Shown one piece after another: positions 9,518 through 20,300 of a stretch of 64,000 nucleotides of DNA. This DNA comes from an uncultured Candidatus Saccharibacteria bacterium. GTDB taxonomy: Bacteria > Patescibacteriota > Minisyncoccia > Phycocordibacterales > UBA9973. The position numbers and the translations under genes were made by a program. Below the pieces are notes generated by a model. The model had not been told where the DNA came from. It did not search any database and worked only from the letters and a program-made list of their open reading frames with translations. Every line of letters begins with the position of its first letter. The first letter of the stretch is position 1. The DNA is taken from contig CAYVDC010000001.1 in assembly GCA_964450735.1 (NCBI GenBank), positions 69,577 through 133,576 on the forward strand, in the 5' to 3' direction.

Positions 9518-9822
9518 TAAATGAAGCCTTAGACAATTTATATTATATTGAAATAATAATGAAATCAGATTTTGATTACAATAAAACAGATATTGTTAAT
9601 CAAATTAGAGCTATTGAAAATGTAGTGGTGGTGACACCTGTTGATATGGAGAGATTGAGGAGACTTTCTAATGATAGATATGAATATTCATTTTTAAAGA
9701 TGAAGTTTTTAGCAAAAGGAGACTCACCTAAAGATGAATTAAAATATGTAAAAAATAAAGCTCTTGGTCTTCAAGGAATCATCCACTTTAAACCATTATA
9801 TACATCCTTTAACAAACAATAA
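9514..9822 (+). CDS. Hypothetical structural-operon protein
   Basis: 102 aa, with stop-start overlaps on both sides. Confidence 0.45.
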   Translation: MINEALDNLYYIEIIMKSDFDYNKTDIVNQIRAIENVVVVTPVDMERLRRLSNDRYEYSFLKMKFLAKGDSPKDELKYVKNKALGLQGIIHFKPLYTSFNKQ

Positions 9823-10313
9823 TGGCATTATTTGGAGCGCAAAGAGATGTTAATTTAATTCTCTCTATTAACAGAGAATTATTACAACGCGTTATTCAGC
9901 AAAAAGTTGGATATTATAAAATCAATTTAGAAGAAACTAAGAGTAACATCTATGGGGAATCTTCTGATAAGTTTTATCATGCTCCTGTTTTATTAGATTG
10001 TTTGATTGATTTGGAAGGACAATCTTCAAAGAATCAAAATGGACTTCCCACTGTAACAAGAAAAACAACATTTAGTTTTTTAAGAGACATTCTTAAATCA
10101 GCAGATTTAGTTCCTGAAAGGGGAGATGTCATCGTTCATAATGATATTTTCTACATCGTTGATAATGTTGTGGATAATCAATATTTTGTTGGAAAATATC
10201 CTGAATATTCTTATTCAACAGACACAGATGGATTTGGCGAGAGTATTTCATTGGTGTTAGAAGCATCTATGACAAGTGCAGAGAAATTAAACATTAAAAG
10301 AGAAAGACTTTAA
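9822..10313 (+). CDS. Hypothetical structural protein (baseplate wedge candidate)
   Basis: 163 aa, coupled within the operon. Confidence 0.45.
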   Translation: MALFGAQRDVNLILSINRELLQRVIQQKVGYYKINLEETKSNIYGESSDKFYHAPVLLDCLIDLEGQSSKNQNGLPTVTRKTTFSFLRDILKSADLVPERGDVIVHNDIFYIVDNVVDNQYFVGKYPEYSYSTDTDGFGESISLVLEASMTSAEKLNIKRERL

Positions 10314-10315
10314 GA

Positions 10316-11509
10316 GTGGCTAAAGAATTAGTAAAGATAAATGAACCTATTCCTAATGATTATGTGGTTGAAAAAACAATCCCTATTAGAAATAGAGTAT
10401 TAGATATTTCTAATAAAGATGAACAAATAAAGAATTATAACATAGGTATTGAAGACCATGATAAAGCGGTATTATGGCATATCAAGAATATAATTAAACC
10501 TATTATTTATCAAAATTCTCAATTAATAGAAGTACCTGTATTTTTAGGAAATAGAGAAATTTGGAGTTCAATTCAAGAATATGGATATTACAGAGATAAG
10601 GAGGAAAAACTCCTACTTCCTGTTATTTCTATTATAAGAACCAATATCAAGAAAAATTCAGAGATGAATAATAAATTGGATGCAAATTCTCCACATTTAT
10701 TTCGAGTCTTTGAAAAAACATATACAAGTAAAAATAAATACAGTAGATTTAGTGTATTAGAGAATACAATTCCCACTAAAGAATTATATGCCATAACAGT
10801 TCCTGATTATGTCACCATCAGTTATTCAGGTGTTATAATGACCAATTTCACAGAACATATGAATAAATTGGTTGAAGGATTTAATTATGCTTCTAATTCA
10901 TATTGGGGCGAAAAGAATGGGCTTAAATTTTTAGTTAAAATTGATGGATTCGACGATGCAAGTGAGGTGGATATTGGAGAAGAACGAGTTATCAAATCGG
11001 AATTTACAATTGAGTTAAATGGATATTTACTCCCCGAAACTATTAATAAAGAGTTAAATGATATTGGTAAGTTTTATTCTAAGTCTAAAATTGTTATTCA
11101 AAATGAATTAGAAAGAGGGGATGTAAATTTAATAGAATTTAATAATAGAACAATTAGGGGAAGTGAGTCTCTTAATTCCAATCCAAATTTTAAAAGACCA
11201 TCTCTTTATTTTGACGATATATTAGGAAAACCGACAACAATTAGTGGATATGGAATAGTAGATGCCTACACCAAAGATGATGTTAATAATTTAATAAATC
11301 AATCCATTCGTAGATATACCACTACATTTAGTGATATTTTAACGTTTTCTATTTTACAATCTACTCATTTAATAGATGATATAAAAGATGTAACAGTGTT
11401 GGATAGTAACAATATAAAGATGTTTCCTAATATTGAAATAAATCTATCAAATCAAACGGTTACAATAACATCATTGACACCTATAACCGGTACGATTATT
11501 ATATATTAA
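10316..11509 (+). CDS. Hypothetical structural protein (baseplate candidate)
   Basis: 397 aa, immediately upstream of the fibre genes. Confidence 0.45.
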   Translation: MAKELVKINEPIPNDYVVEKTIPIRNRVLDISNKDEQIKNYNIGIEDHDKAVLWHIKNIIKPIIYQNSQLIEVPVFLGNREIWSSIQEYGYYRDKEEKLLLPVISIIRTNIKKNSEMNNKLDANSPHLFRVFEKTYTSKNKYSRFSVLENTIPTKELYAITVPDYVTISYSGVIMTNFTEHMNKLVEGFNYASNSYWGEKNGLKFLVKIDGFDDASEVDIGEERVIKSEFTIELNGYLLPETINKELNDIGKFYSKSKIVIQNELERGDVNLIEFNNRTIRGSESLNSNPNFKRPSLYFDDILGKPTTISGYGIVDAYTKDDVNNLINQSIRRYTTTFSDILTFSILQSTHLIDDIKDVTVLDSNNIKMFPNIEINLSNQTVTITSLTPITGTIIIY

Positions 11510-11511
11510 CC

Positions 11512-14355
11512 ATGAATTTTTATCACCACTTAGTATTAAATAAAGCTGCTGAATTACAAAATGCCCTCTTACATAAAGTGAGTGGGTCATCTTCTATTGA
11601 TACAAGTGGACAAATTGCATATGATGTTGTAACAAATAAACCTGAAATATTTGATGGAACTGCTGTTAGGACATTTATTCTTAGTAATGATGTTTTAAAT
11701 GACACCACAATTAGTGGGTCTTCTATTTATTTTCCTCCTTCTCAAAATTCTGTTAAAACTTATATAAGTTCTTGGACGGGGAGTGTTAATATAATAAAGG
11801 TGGGAACTATAACAACGGGAACATGGAACGGAAATGTTATAGTTGATGCTTATTTAAGCAGTGCTTCATTTTGGAATACGGCATACGCAAATAGAATATC
11901 AAGTTTCACAACATCAGGAAGCTCAGGAAGTGCAACATTTTCTTCAAATGTTTTAAATATTCCTACCTACACATTAGCAGGATTAGGAGGTGTTCCATAT
12001 ACAGGGGCAACAGCTAATGTTAATTTAGGGGTGTACACATTAATAGCAGGAAACGTAAATTCATCAGGAAGTTTCATTTCTTCAAAAACATCTCTTGCCA
12101 CTTGGGGAATATCCAATGCGGGGAGTTCTGCTGTTTATGGTGGATTTGATGGGTCTTCTATCACAGGAGGATATTTTCAGTTATTTGGAGCAAGTTCAGG
12201 TGGAAGTGGAATAACACCGGGAGGTGGTGGAGAATTTGTGATTAATTCTTCTAATAGCGGCACTACTAAATTTAATATTTTAAATTATAATGGGTCGGCA
12301 TATTCTACATTATTTTCAATAAATTCAAGTGGAACTGTCACTTTAAATTCCTTAGCAAGTGGTATTGTAAAATCAACTTCCGGTGTATTGAGTGCTGCCA
12401 CATCATCTGTCGATTATATAGCAGGAGGGGTAGGAACAGCCAATTATGTTACAAAATTTAGTGGCAGTGGTGTTTTGAGTAACAGTGTTATTTATGATGA
12501 TGGAACAAATGTTGGAATTAGTAACACTGCTCCTCTTTCCAAATTACACATATCAGGTGGTTTTATTAGAGTTGATAATAATAATAGCAATACAGGATTT
12601 ACACATTTCATATATAATAATGAATTATTTAGAGTTGATAGTAGCTACAACGGACTATCCTATTACAGTAGTTTGAGATTTTATTACAGAGTTTCTTCTA
12701 CATATGTTGAAAGAGGAAGACTCTCTATCTATGATGATTCCTTTATTAATACGATAGGAGGTAATTTCGGAATCGGTACAGTTTCACCATCATATTCATT
12801 AGATGTTTCTGGTACTGGTAGATTTGCAAATTCGTTATATGTAACGGGAAGTTTATCAATTTCAGGAAGTGTCCGTTCCAATGGAAATATAATCAGTACA
12901 GGGAGTGTTTCGATAGAAAATAATAATTCAGATAGAATAAATTTAACAGGTAGCGGAGTTCATTTGAGATTGACTAATCAATATGGGGCAGGTGCTGAAA
13001 ACGTATTTGGAAGTTATTTGAATGATACCTATTTGATTGGTAAATGGAGAAGTGATTTTACAGGAAATAATTTTTGGATTGCAGGAAGTGGAAGCTATGG
13101 ACTCGGAAAACATTATTTTGTAACAAATAATGATACAAGCACAGGTGGAAATATACGAATGACCATTTTCGGAAATGGAAATGTTTTAATTGGTAGTAGT
13201 TCTGTTGAACAAAATACTTCAACAAACGACGCGGGGTATAAATTAGATGTAAGTGGAAGTATAAGAGGAAGAAATAATTTATATATAACAGGTAGTGGAA
13301 ATTTTAATTCCACTGTTAGTGCAAGTGACTTTTATTATCTAAACACTTCTGTATCACAATCTATTAATAATAGAATTAGATACCAAGACACACTTTCTTC
13401 AAGTATTGATATTTTAACTAATAGTAAATTAATATCATTCAGAGATAGTGATGCTTATAATTCATATTTTCATCTTAATTTAAAAAGTGCTAATTCAGAA
13501 TTAAGTTCTTATATATACAAAAATAGTAGTCAAGTGGAATATGGACTACTTGATGTTTTATATGATTATGTTGAGCTATCATTGAATAAAGCAAGTGGAG
13601 AATATACGTCTAAATTAACACTTAATTCTCTAACAAATAATTCATCAAGTGTAAATGCTTATTTACAAGGGGGAAATTCATCAATTTATGTTGGATATGA
13701 TGGGATAAAAATAGGGGGAATAAAGAATAATACAGTGGGAACTTATAATATATTAATAAGTTCTGGTAGCAATAATGTCATTTCCTCCATTCAATCTATT
13801 CCAAATTCTATTTTAAGTAACAATTCGATAGCTTTTGTAACATCAAGTGCTAATGGACTTATCATTACAGGGAGTGCTGTGTCGCTTGGAGCAACAATGT
13901 CCTTGAATTTAGCACAAGATATTAATTCAAGTGCATCTCCAACATTTAATAATTTAACATTAAATGGAAATGTGACTGTTGGTGGAAACGTCACTGTAAA
14001 TGGAACTGTCACTCAAATCAATTCAACACAAGTAGAGATAGGGGATAATATAATCCTTCTTAATAGAGCAGCAAGTGTAGCGGATGCAGGAATTTATGTT
14101 TTAGACGCACTATCAACGACAGGAACAGGTAGTTTATTGTGGGATGCCACTAATAATTATTGGAAAGGCGGATGGAAAGATAGTGAATATAGAATGTCAC
14201 AATTTAGTGGAAGTTTAGTGACAAATTCATTTGTTTCATTAAATTCAAGTGGATATTTAATAAGTAATACAGCCCCTACAACGATAGGTGATATTTATCA
14301 ATGGGGGGGAAGTGAATGGAGTGTCAGTAATATAATAGATGGAGGAAGTTATTAA
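11512..14355 (+). CDS. Tail fibre protein (947 aa) with PSYSLDVSGTGRF-type repeats
   Basis: It is Ser/Gly/Thr/Asn-rich. Module VDYIAGGVGTANYVTKFSGSGVLSNSVIYDDGTNVGISNTAPLSKLHISG and SPSYSLDVSGTGRF repeats recur in the next gene. Confidence 0.7.
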   Translation: MNFYHHLVLNKAAELQNALLHKVSGSSSIDTSGQIAYDVVTNKPEIFDGTAVRTFILSNDVLNDTTISGSSIYFPPSQNSVKTYISSWTGSVNIIKVGTITTGTWNGNVIVDAYLSSASFWNTAYANRISSFTTSGSSGSATFSSNVLNIPTYTLAGLGGVPYTGATANVNLGVYTLIAGNVNSSGSFISSKTSLATWGISNAGSSAVYGGFDGSSITGGYFQLFGASSGGSGITPGGGGEFVINSSNSGTTKFNILNYNGSAYSTLFSINSSGTVTLNSLASGIVKSTSGVLSAATSSVDYIAGGVGTANYVTKFSGSGVLSNSVIYDDGTNVGISNTAPLSKLHISGGFIRVDNNNSNTGFTHFIYNNELFRVDSSYNGLSYYSSLRFYYRVSSTYVERGRLSIYDDSFINTIGGNFGIGTVSPSYSLDVSGTGRFANSLYVTGSLSISGSVRSNGNIISTGSVSIENNNSDRINLTGSGVHLRLTNQYGAGAENVFGSYLNDTYLIGKWRSDFTGNNFWIAGSGSYGLGKHYFVTNNDTSTGGNIRMTIFGNGNVLIGSSSVEQNTSTNDAGYKLDVSGSIRGRNNLYITGSGNFNSTVSASDFYYLNTSVSQSINNRIRYQDTLSSSIDILTNSKLISFRDSDAYNSYFHLNLKSANSELSSYIYKNSSQVEYGLLDVLYDYVELSLNKASGEYTSKLTLNSLTNNSSSVNAYLQGGNSSIYVGYDGIKIGGIKNNTVGTYNILISSGSNNVISSIQSIPNSILSNNSIAFVTSSANGLIITGSAVSLGATMSLNLAQDINSSASPTFNNLTLNGNVTVGGNVTVNGTVTQINSTQVEIGDNIILLNRAASVADAGIYVLDALSTTGTGSLLWDATNNYWKGGWKDSEYRMSQFSGSLVTNSFVSLNSSGYLISNTAPTTIGDIYQWGGSEWSVSNIIDGGSY

Positions 14356-14361
14356 AATAAT

Positions 14362-17300
14362 ATGGCTCAAATAGTTCAATTAAAAAGAAATAGTGTAACA
14401 GGACAAATCCCAACAACAAGCAGTTTGGTAATGGGAGAATTGGCTATGAATACTTATGATGGACGTATTTTTTATAAACGTTCAGGAAGTGTTATAGCAA
14501 TAGAATCATTATTAAGTCCATCTATTAATAGTTCGTATCCAATATGGAATACAGGTAGCTTATATTTAAGTGGAAGTGGAATTGTAATTGAAGGAGCTAA
14601 TACTAATTTAGCTTTAAAAATAAAAGGTAGTAATACACAAGGAAGTGGAGTTGGAATTCAATTAGAAAATAATTATAGTACAGGAAAAACTTATCAAATT
14701 GTTTCTTATGATGATGGAACATTTGTTTTAAGGGATACTTCGGGAAACAATTTCTTTTATTTTAGTGGAAGTTTGTCATTAGTAAAAGATGGTGGAAATG
14801 TAGTGATTGGTGGAATTTCTAATACAAGTAATTCAAAATTAAAAGTGAGTGGAAGTGCAGAATTCACATCAAATGTTGTGATTTTTGGTAGTTTGACAAC
14901 TAATATAATATCAACATTATTAAAGACAACAAGTGGAGGCGTTATAACGTCATCTATTGCAGGTGTAGATTATATTGCTGGAGGGGTTGGTACTACGAAT
15001 TATCTTCCTAAATTTAGTGGAAGTGGTGTTTTAACCAATAGCGGAATTTACGACAACGGTACAGGTGTTGGGGTTGGAACTTCCGTCCCATTAGCACCCC
15101 TCCATGTTAAAGTAACTTCATCGGGTATAACGACAAACCCATTGGGGTCAGTGGGAATAATAGAATCATCAGGAGATGCTTATATAAGTATATATTCTCC
15201 AACATCAAGAGAAAAGGGATTGATATTTGGAGATAATACAAGTGAATATACAGGTGGTATATTCTACAATAGTTCAGGCGTTACTAATGGTTTAAATTTT
15301 AGAGTGAATGGGAATAATACCAAGTTAGTAATTACATCGGCAGGTAATGTTGGAGTAAACAATTCATCTCCTTCATATAGTTTGGACGTTTCGGGGACTG
15401 GTAGGTTCACAGGAGCGTTAACATTAACAACACCATTATCAGTTTCAAGTGGAGGAACAGGGACAGGAAGTTTTTATTCAAGCAGTTTATTAATTGGAAA
15501 TGGAACAGGTTCTTTAATACATAGTAGTAATTTAATATGGGATAATGTAAATGGATATTTAGGTATTAATAAAAATGGGGGTCAATTATATTCAGCAATT
15601 GATGTAAATGGAAATATTAGAATTAGAAAAGGTGATGCCTTATGGATGCCCGATTCTAATGATTCGATTAGAGTTGATGATGCACCATCATGGTATTCGG
15701 GGAATAGTAATGTTTTTACATTTTTAGGCTATGCAGGAACTTGGATATTTAGAACAAGTGATAGTTTGAGAAATGTAATGATAATAGATTCAAATATATC
15801 TAATGTTTTAAAAGTAAGCGGTTCTATTAGTAGTAGTGTTGATTTTTATTTTGGAACAACATCTGTTTCAGCTTCACTTGCTTTAAAAAATCCTTTATTA
15901 TCAGGTAGTGGATTCTTAAAACTGACATTGGGAGTCCCATCATATGTGACGGGGAGTAGTGTTCAATTTGTTAAAGGAGATGGAACTTTAGATTCTTCTA
16001 CTATTATATCAGGAAGTGGAATAAGCAACTATATTGCTAAATGGAATGGAAATTATTTAACAAGTAGTTTGATATATGATGATGGAACAAATGTTGGTGT
16101 TGGAACAACAAGCCCATTAAGAAAGTTTCATGTTGAAATAGGTTCTAACACTTATGCCTTTAGAATAGGTGTGGGGGGAACAAATTCAATTGAAATGGGA
16201 AATGAAGGAGCAGCAGGTAATTCTGTTATATCTTTTCAAGGAACAAACTTCTTCATGGGAGGAAATGGTGGAAAGGGTCTCGGAATTGGTGCAGGAGTAG
16301 TCAATGCAAATGTTCCAACAACATCAAGTTATACAAATATTGTTGGAAGTTTAGGAATTAATCAGTCAGCACCTTCATATTCGTTGGATGTAACAGGTGC
16401 GGGTAGATTTACGAGCGCATTAAAAGTTGATTCTACAACAGCAAGTACAAGTAGAAGTACAGGTGCTTTAATTGTAAGTGGAGGGTTAGGGGTTGGCGGA
16501 GCAGGATATTTTGGTGGAAGCATTATAATAACGGGGAGTGGAGGGTATTATGCACCAAATAATACAGCTTTTAGTTTTAGAAATGCAGCTAATTCAGCAT
16601 ATTTAAGGGCTTTTACACTCGCATCCGATGATAACTTAAAAATAGGTGAAGATTCAAATATATCTTATATTTTATCTAACTATATAGGTTTAGGTACATC
16701 CGCAATTTGGTCTAAAGTTACAATTGGGGGAGGTAATGTCACTTTATTAAATAATATAGATATACAGGGAGTTGTAGCAGCAAATAACACATTTTTACCT
16801 ATTATAAAACTAAATATATCAGACCAAGTATCTATTGCAAGTGGTGGGGCTGTTACAATTTTCGGTGGAAAAGTTGGTTTAGGGGTTACTGCAACAAGTG
16901 TTTTACATATTAAAGCAGGAACAGCCGCAGCAAATACTGCACCAATTAAATTAACAGCCGGAACAAATTTAACAAGTCCCGAATCGGGGTCAATAGAGTT
17001 TGATGGTACGGATTTGTTTTTCACACCATCTTCTACTCGTCGCACCTTTGCATTTTTAAATGGTAATCAAACTTTTAGTGGTGTAACAACCTTTTCAAAT
17101 ACAACCACCTCAACCTCAACCACCACAGGTGCTTTGACTGTTGCGGGGGGACTTGGTATTGTTGGAACATCTTACTTCGGAAACACTATCAATTCAGCGA
17201 CTTCCACCTCTAAAAAATTATCATTAAATAGTACGGGAAGTGAACAATTTCTCATTGCTAATAATTTTCTTAGATTGCAATATGATAATGGAAGTGCAAC

Positions 17301-20300
17301 AGGATGGCAAGGAGCAGGTGGTGGATTTGAAGTGGGAATGAATGATGCTGCTACGGTGTTCTTCCAAATGTATAATAGAACATCAAATGCACCTATTGCT
17401 TCGAGTTGGTTAACAAGTGGAATAATTGTTAATGATAATAGTGGAGGAGGTATCACACCAAGTTCAACTCAATTATTAACAGCAAGAACTTACACCACTA
17501 CAAAAGTTCCGTTTACAGTGATAGGAGCTACGTCCCAAAGCGCAGATTTATTGCAAATACAAAATGCTTCTTCTATTGCGTTAGCAGTGTTTAATAAAGA
17601 TGGATATTTAGGACTTGGAACAACGATTCCAACTCATTCATTGAGTTTTGGGATGAGTGGCTATTCAGATACTAAAACAATAGCATGGCAAAATTCAAGT
17701 TCAACAAATAGAGCAGCATATATACAAGCTGTGGGTATTGGAAATTACACTCACTACTTAGCATTTGGTGTAAATACGACAACAGCAGATGTCAATGCTG
17801 TCGAAGTGATGAGAATTGGTACTGATGGTACAGTGGCTGTTGGTACAACTACGACAGGAGGTGCTAAATTCACAATAGCTAATACAGGTTCAGGTGAAGT
17901 TGGACTTCTTCTTTTGAAAAACAGTGGAGCAAATGGAGATTCAGGAAAAATTATATTTGGAACAACAGCAGGTGGAGCAAATGGGGCGGAAATAGTTTCT
18001 AAAAGAACAGCAGGTGATTTTTCTGTTGATTTGTTTTTTAGAACAACGGATTCGGGTGGAATTCAAAATGAAGTGTTAAGGATGACTTCTACAAAATATG
18101 TTGGGATAAATAATTCTTCTCCTTCATATACATTAGATGTTAGTGGCTCTGTCAGAATTCCAAATAACACTTCTATTTATGGAAATAACATTTCAGGAAC
18201 TCCTGTTTCTTTAATCTCAATAAATACCAATAATAGAATAGTGTTATCTCAAACAGGATACACTGTTACTTTTAGTAATTTATTATTTTCCGATAATTCA
18301 ACAGAAGCAAGAATTCAAGCAGGAAATAGTGGTGGAATCAGATTCATGGCTTCAAATGCTTCCGATTTAGGAAAAATGTTTGAAAATGGAAACTATTCAT
18401 GGGGAAGTATCGTAGATAGTGGATATAAATTTGATGTTAGTGGTTCAACCCGCATCACTTCTACATTAAGTGTAACGGGAAGTGTATTCCTTTCAGGAAT
18501 AGGAAATGTTACATCAGGTTCAATAAATATTTTAATTAGTAGTGGCAGTGATTATAAAGTAAATGCTCTTTCAAGTAGTCAATTTATTTCTAATTTAGGA
18601 ATTGTAAGTGGAAGTGGAACTGCTCGTTATTATTCAGTATTCTCATCATCAGGAGTGATTGGTAACGGTGGAATGTATGATAATGGGGTGGGAAGTGGTG
18701 TTGTTAGCATGGATTATAATATTCTATATCTTGGTAACACGGCTACAAATAACACATTAAACGTTAATAGAACAGGGGCTTCTCCATCATCAATAAGTGT
18801 AACTGCTGGGGTGGCGAATCCTTCTATTACATTTGTTAGTGGATATGGTCTTGGTGGAAGATTGAGTATAGGAAGTGCTTCATTAGAAATAATGTCATTT
18901 TGGGGAGATGGAAATGTTTCCATTAACAATGCTTCCAATGCAGGATATAAGTTAGATGTTTCGGGAAGTGGTAGATATATAGGTGACTTATTTATTTCAA
19001 GTTCAACAGCTTCAACAAGTGTCACGACAGGTGCTTTAACAATTAGAGGTGGGCTGGGGGTGAGTGGTTCAATATATGGTGGAACAACTCTATCTATTAT
19101 ATCTTCGGGAAGTGCTTCTGTTAATGGAGGAATATATGTTGGAACAGGGGCTACCTTCGCTTCAAATGCAGATAATTTATTGACAGTTAGAGGAACAGGT
19201 AATTCAGCATCTTCTTGGAAGGGAAGAATAACGGCTGGAGGTGATAATTATGCCTTTTTGATGGGGGAATTTAATTCACATGCTTGGTTAGGTGGACATA
19301 ATGCGGCTCTTAATGCTTGGGCAGATTTATACATTAATCCCGAAGCAAGTGGTGCGAAAAAAGTTTTTATAGGGGCAGTAAGCGCAAGAGAGAATGCTAT
19401 ATTAACAATAGATAATGCAACAGGATATAGCACGTTTAGTGGCTCTGTCTATGCTTCTGTTGGTGCTATATATGCAAAAGCAGGAGTAAATTTAACTTCA
19501 ACATCATCATATACATTTGACGGCTATGCAAATTATGGACATTATTTAGACCTTAATAGTGGATATATTCAATTTGTTGGAAATGGAACAAAAATAGGAG
19601 GATTTTATACAGGTGCTACTAAGGGGTTTGGATTTAATAACAGTTCAATTTTGGCTTGGAATGGTGCATCTGAAACTGCGCCTGATATTTCAATAGAAAG
19701 AGTTGCTACTAATACTATTTCAGTTGGCACTGCATTAGGTGGTTCTAATAATGGAACTTTATCTGCGGGGATGATTGGTGTTGCGACCATCTCTCCATCA
19801 TATTCATTAGATGTATCAGGAAGTGGTAGGTTTACAGGAAATTTAATAATAAGTGGTGGACTTACAGGGTCTTTATTTGGCAATGCTTCTACTGCAACGG
19901 TATTACAAAGTGCGAGAACTATTAACGGAACTTTATTTGATGGTTCTGCTAACATAACAATATCCATATCAGGAAGTGCCTTATTAGGAACAACTTTAGC
20001 TTCAAATATAGTCAGTAGTTCATTAACAACTTTAGGAACTATTGGTACAGGCTTATGGAATGCAACGAAGATAAGTGAAGTGTATGGGGGAACTAATCAA
20101 TCTACATATACTGTCGGTGATATGCTTTATTCAAGCGGAAGTAATACATTGAATAAATTGGCGATTGGTTCTTCGGCTCAAATGTTAATTGTAAATAGCG
20201 GCATTCCGTCTTGGCAAACTGTTAGTGGAGATATTACAATTACCAATGCAGGTGTAACGGCTATTGGTTCAAGCAAAGTTACTAATACAATGCTTTCTGG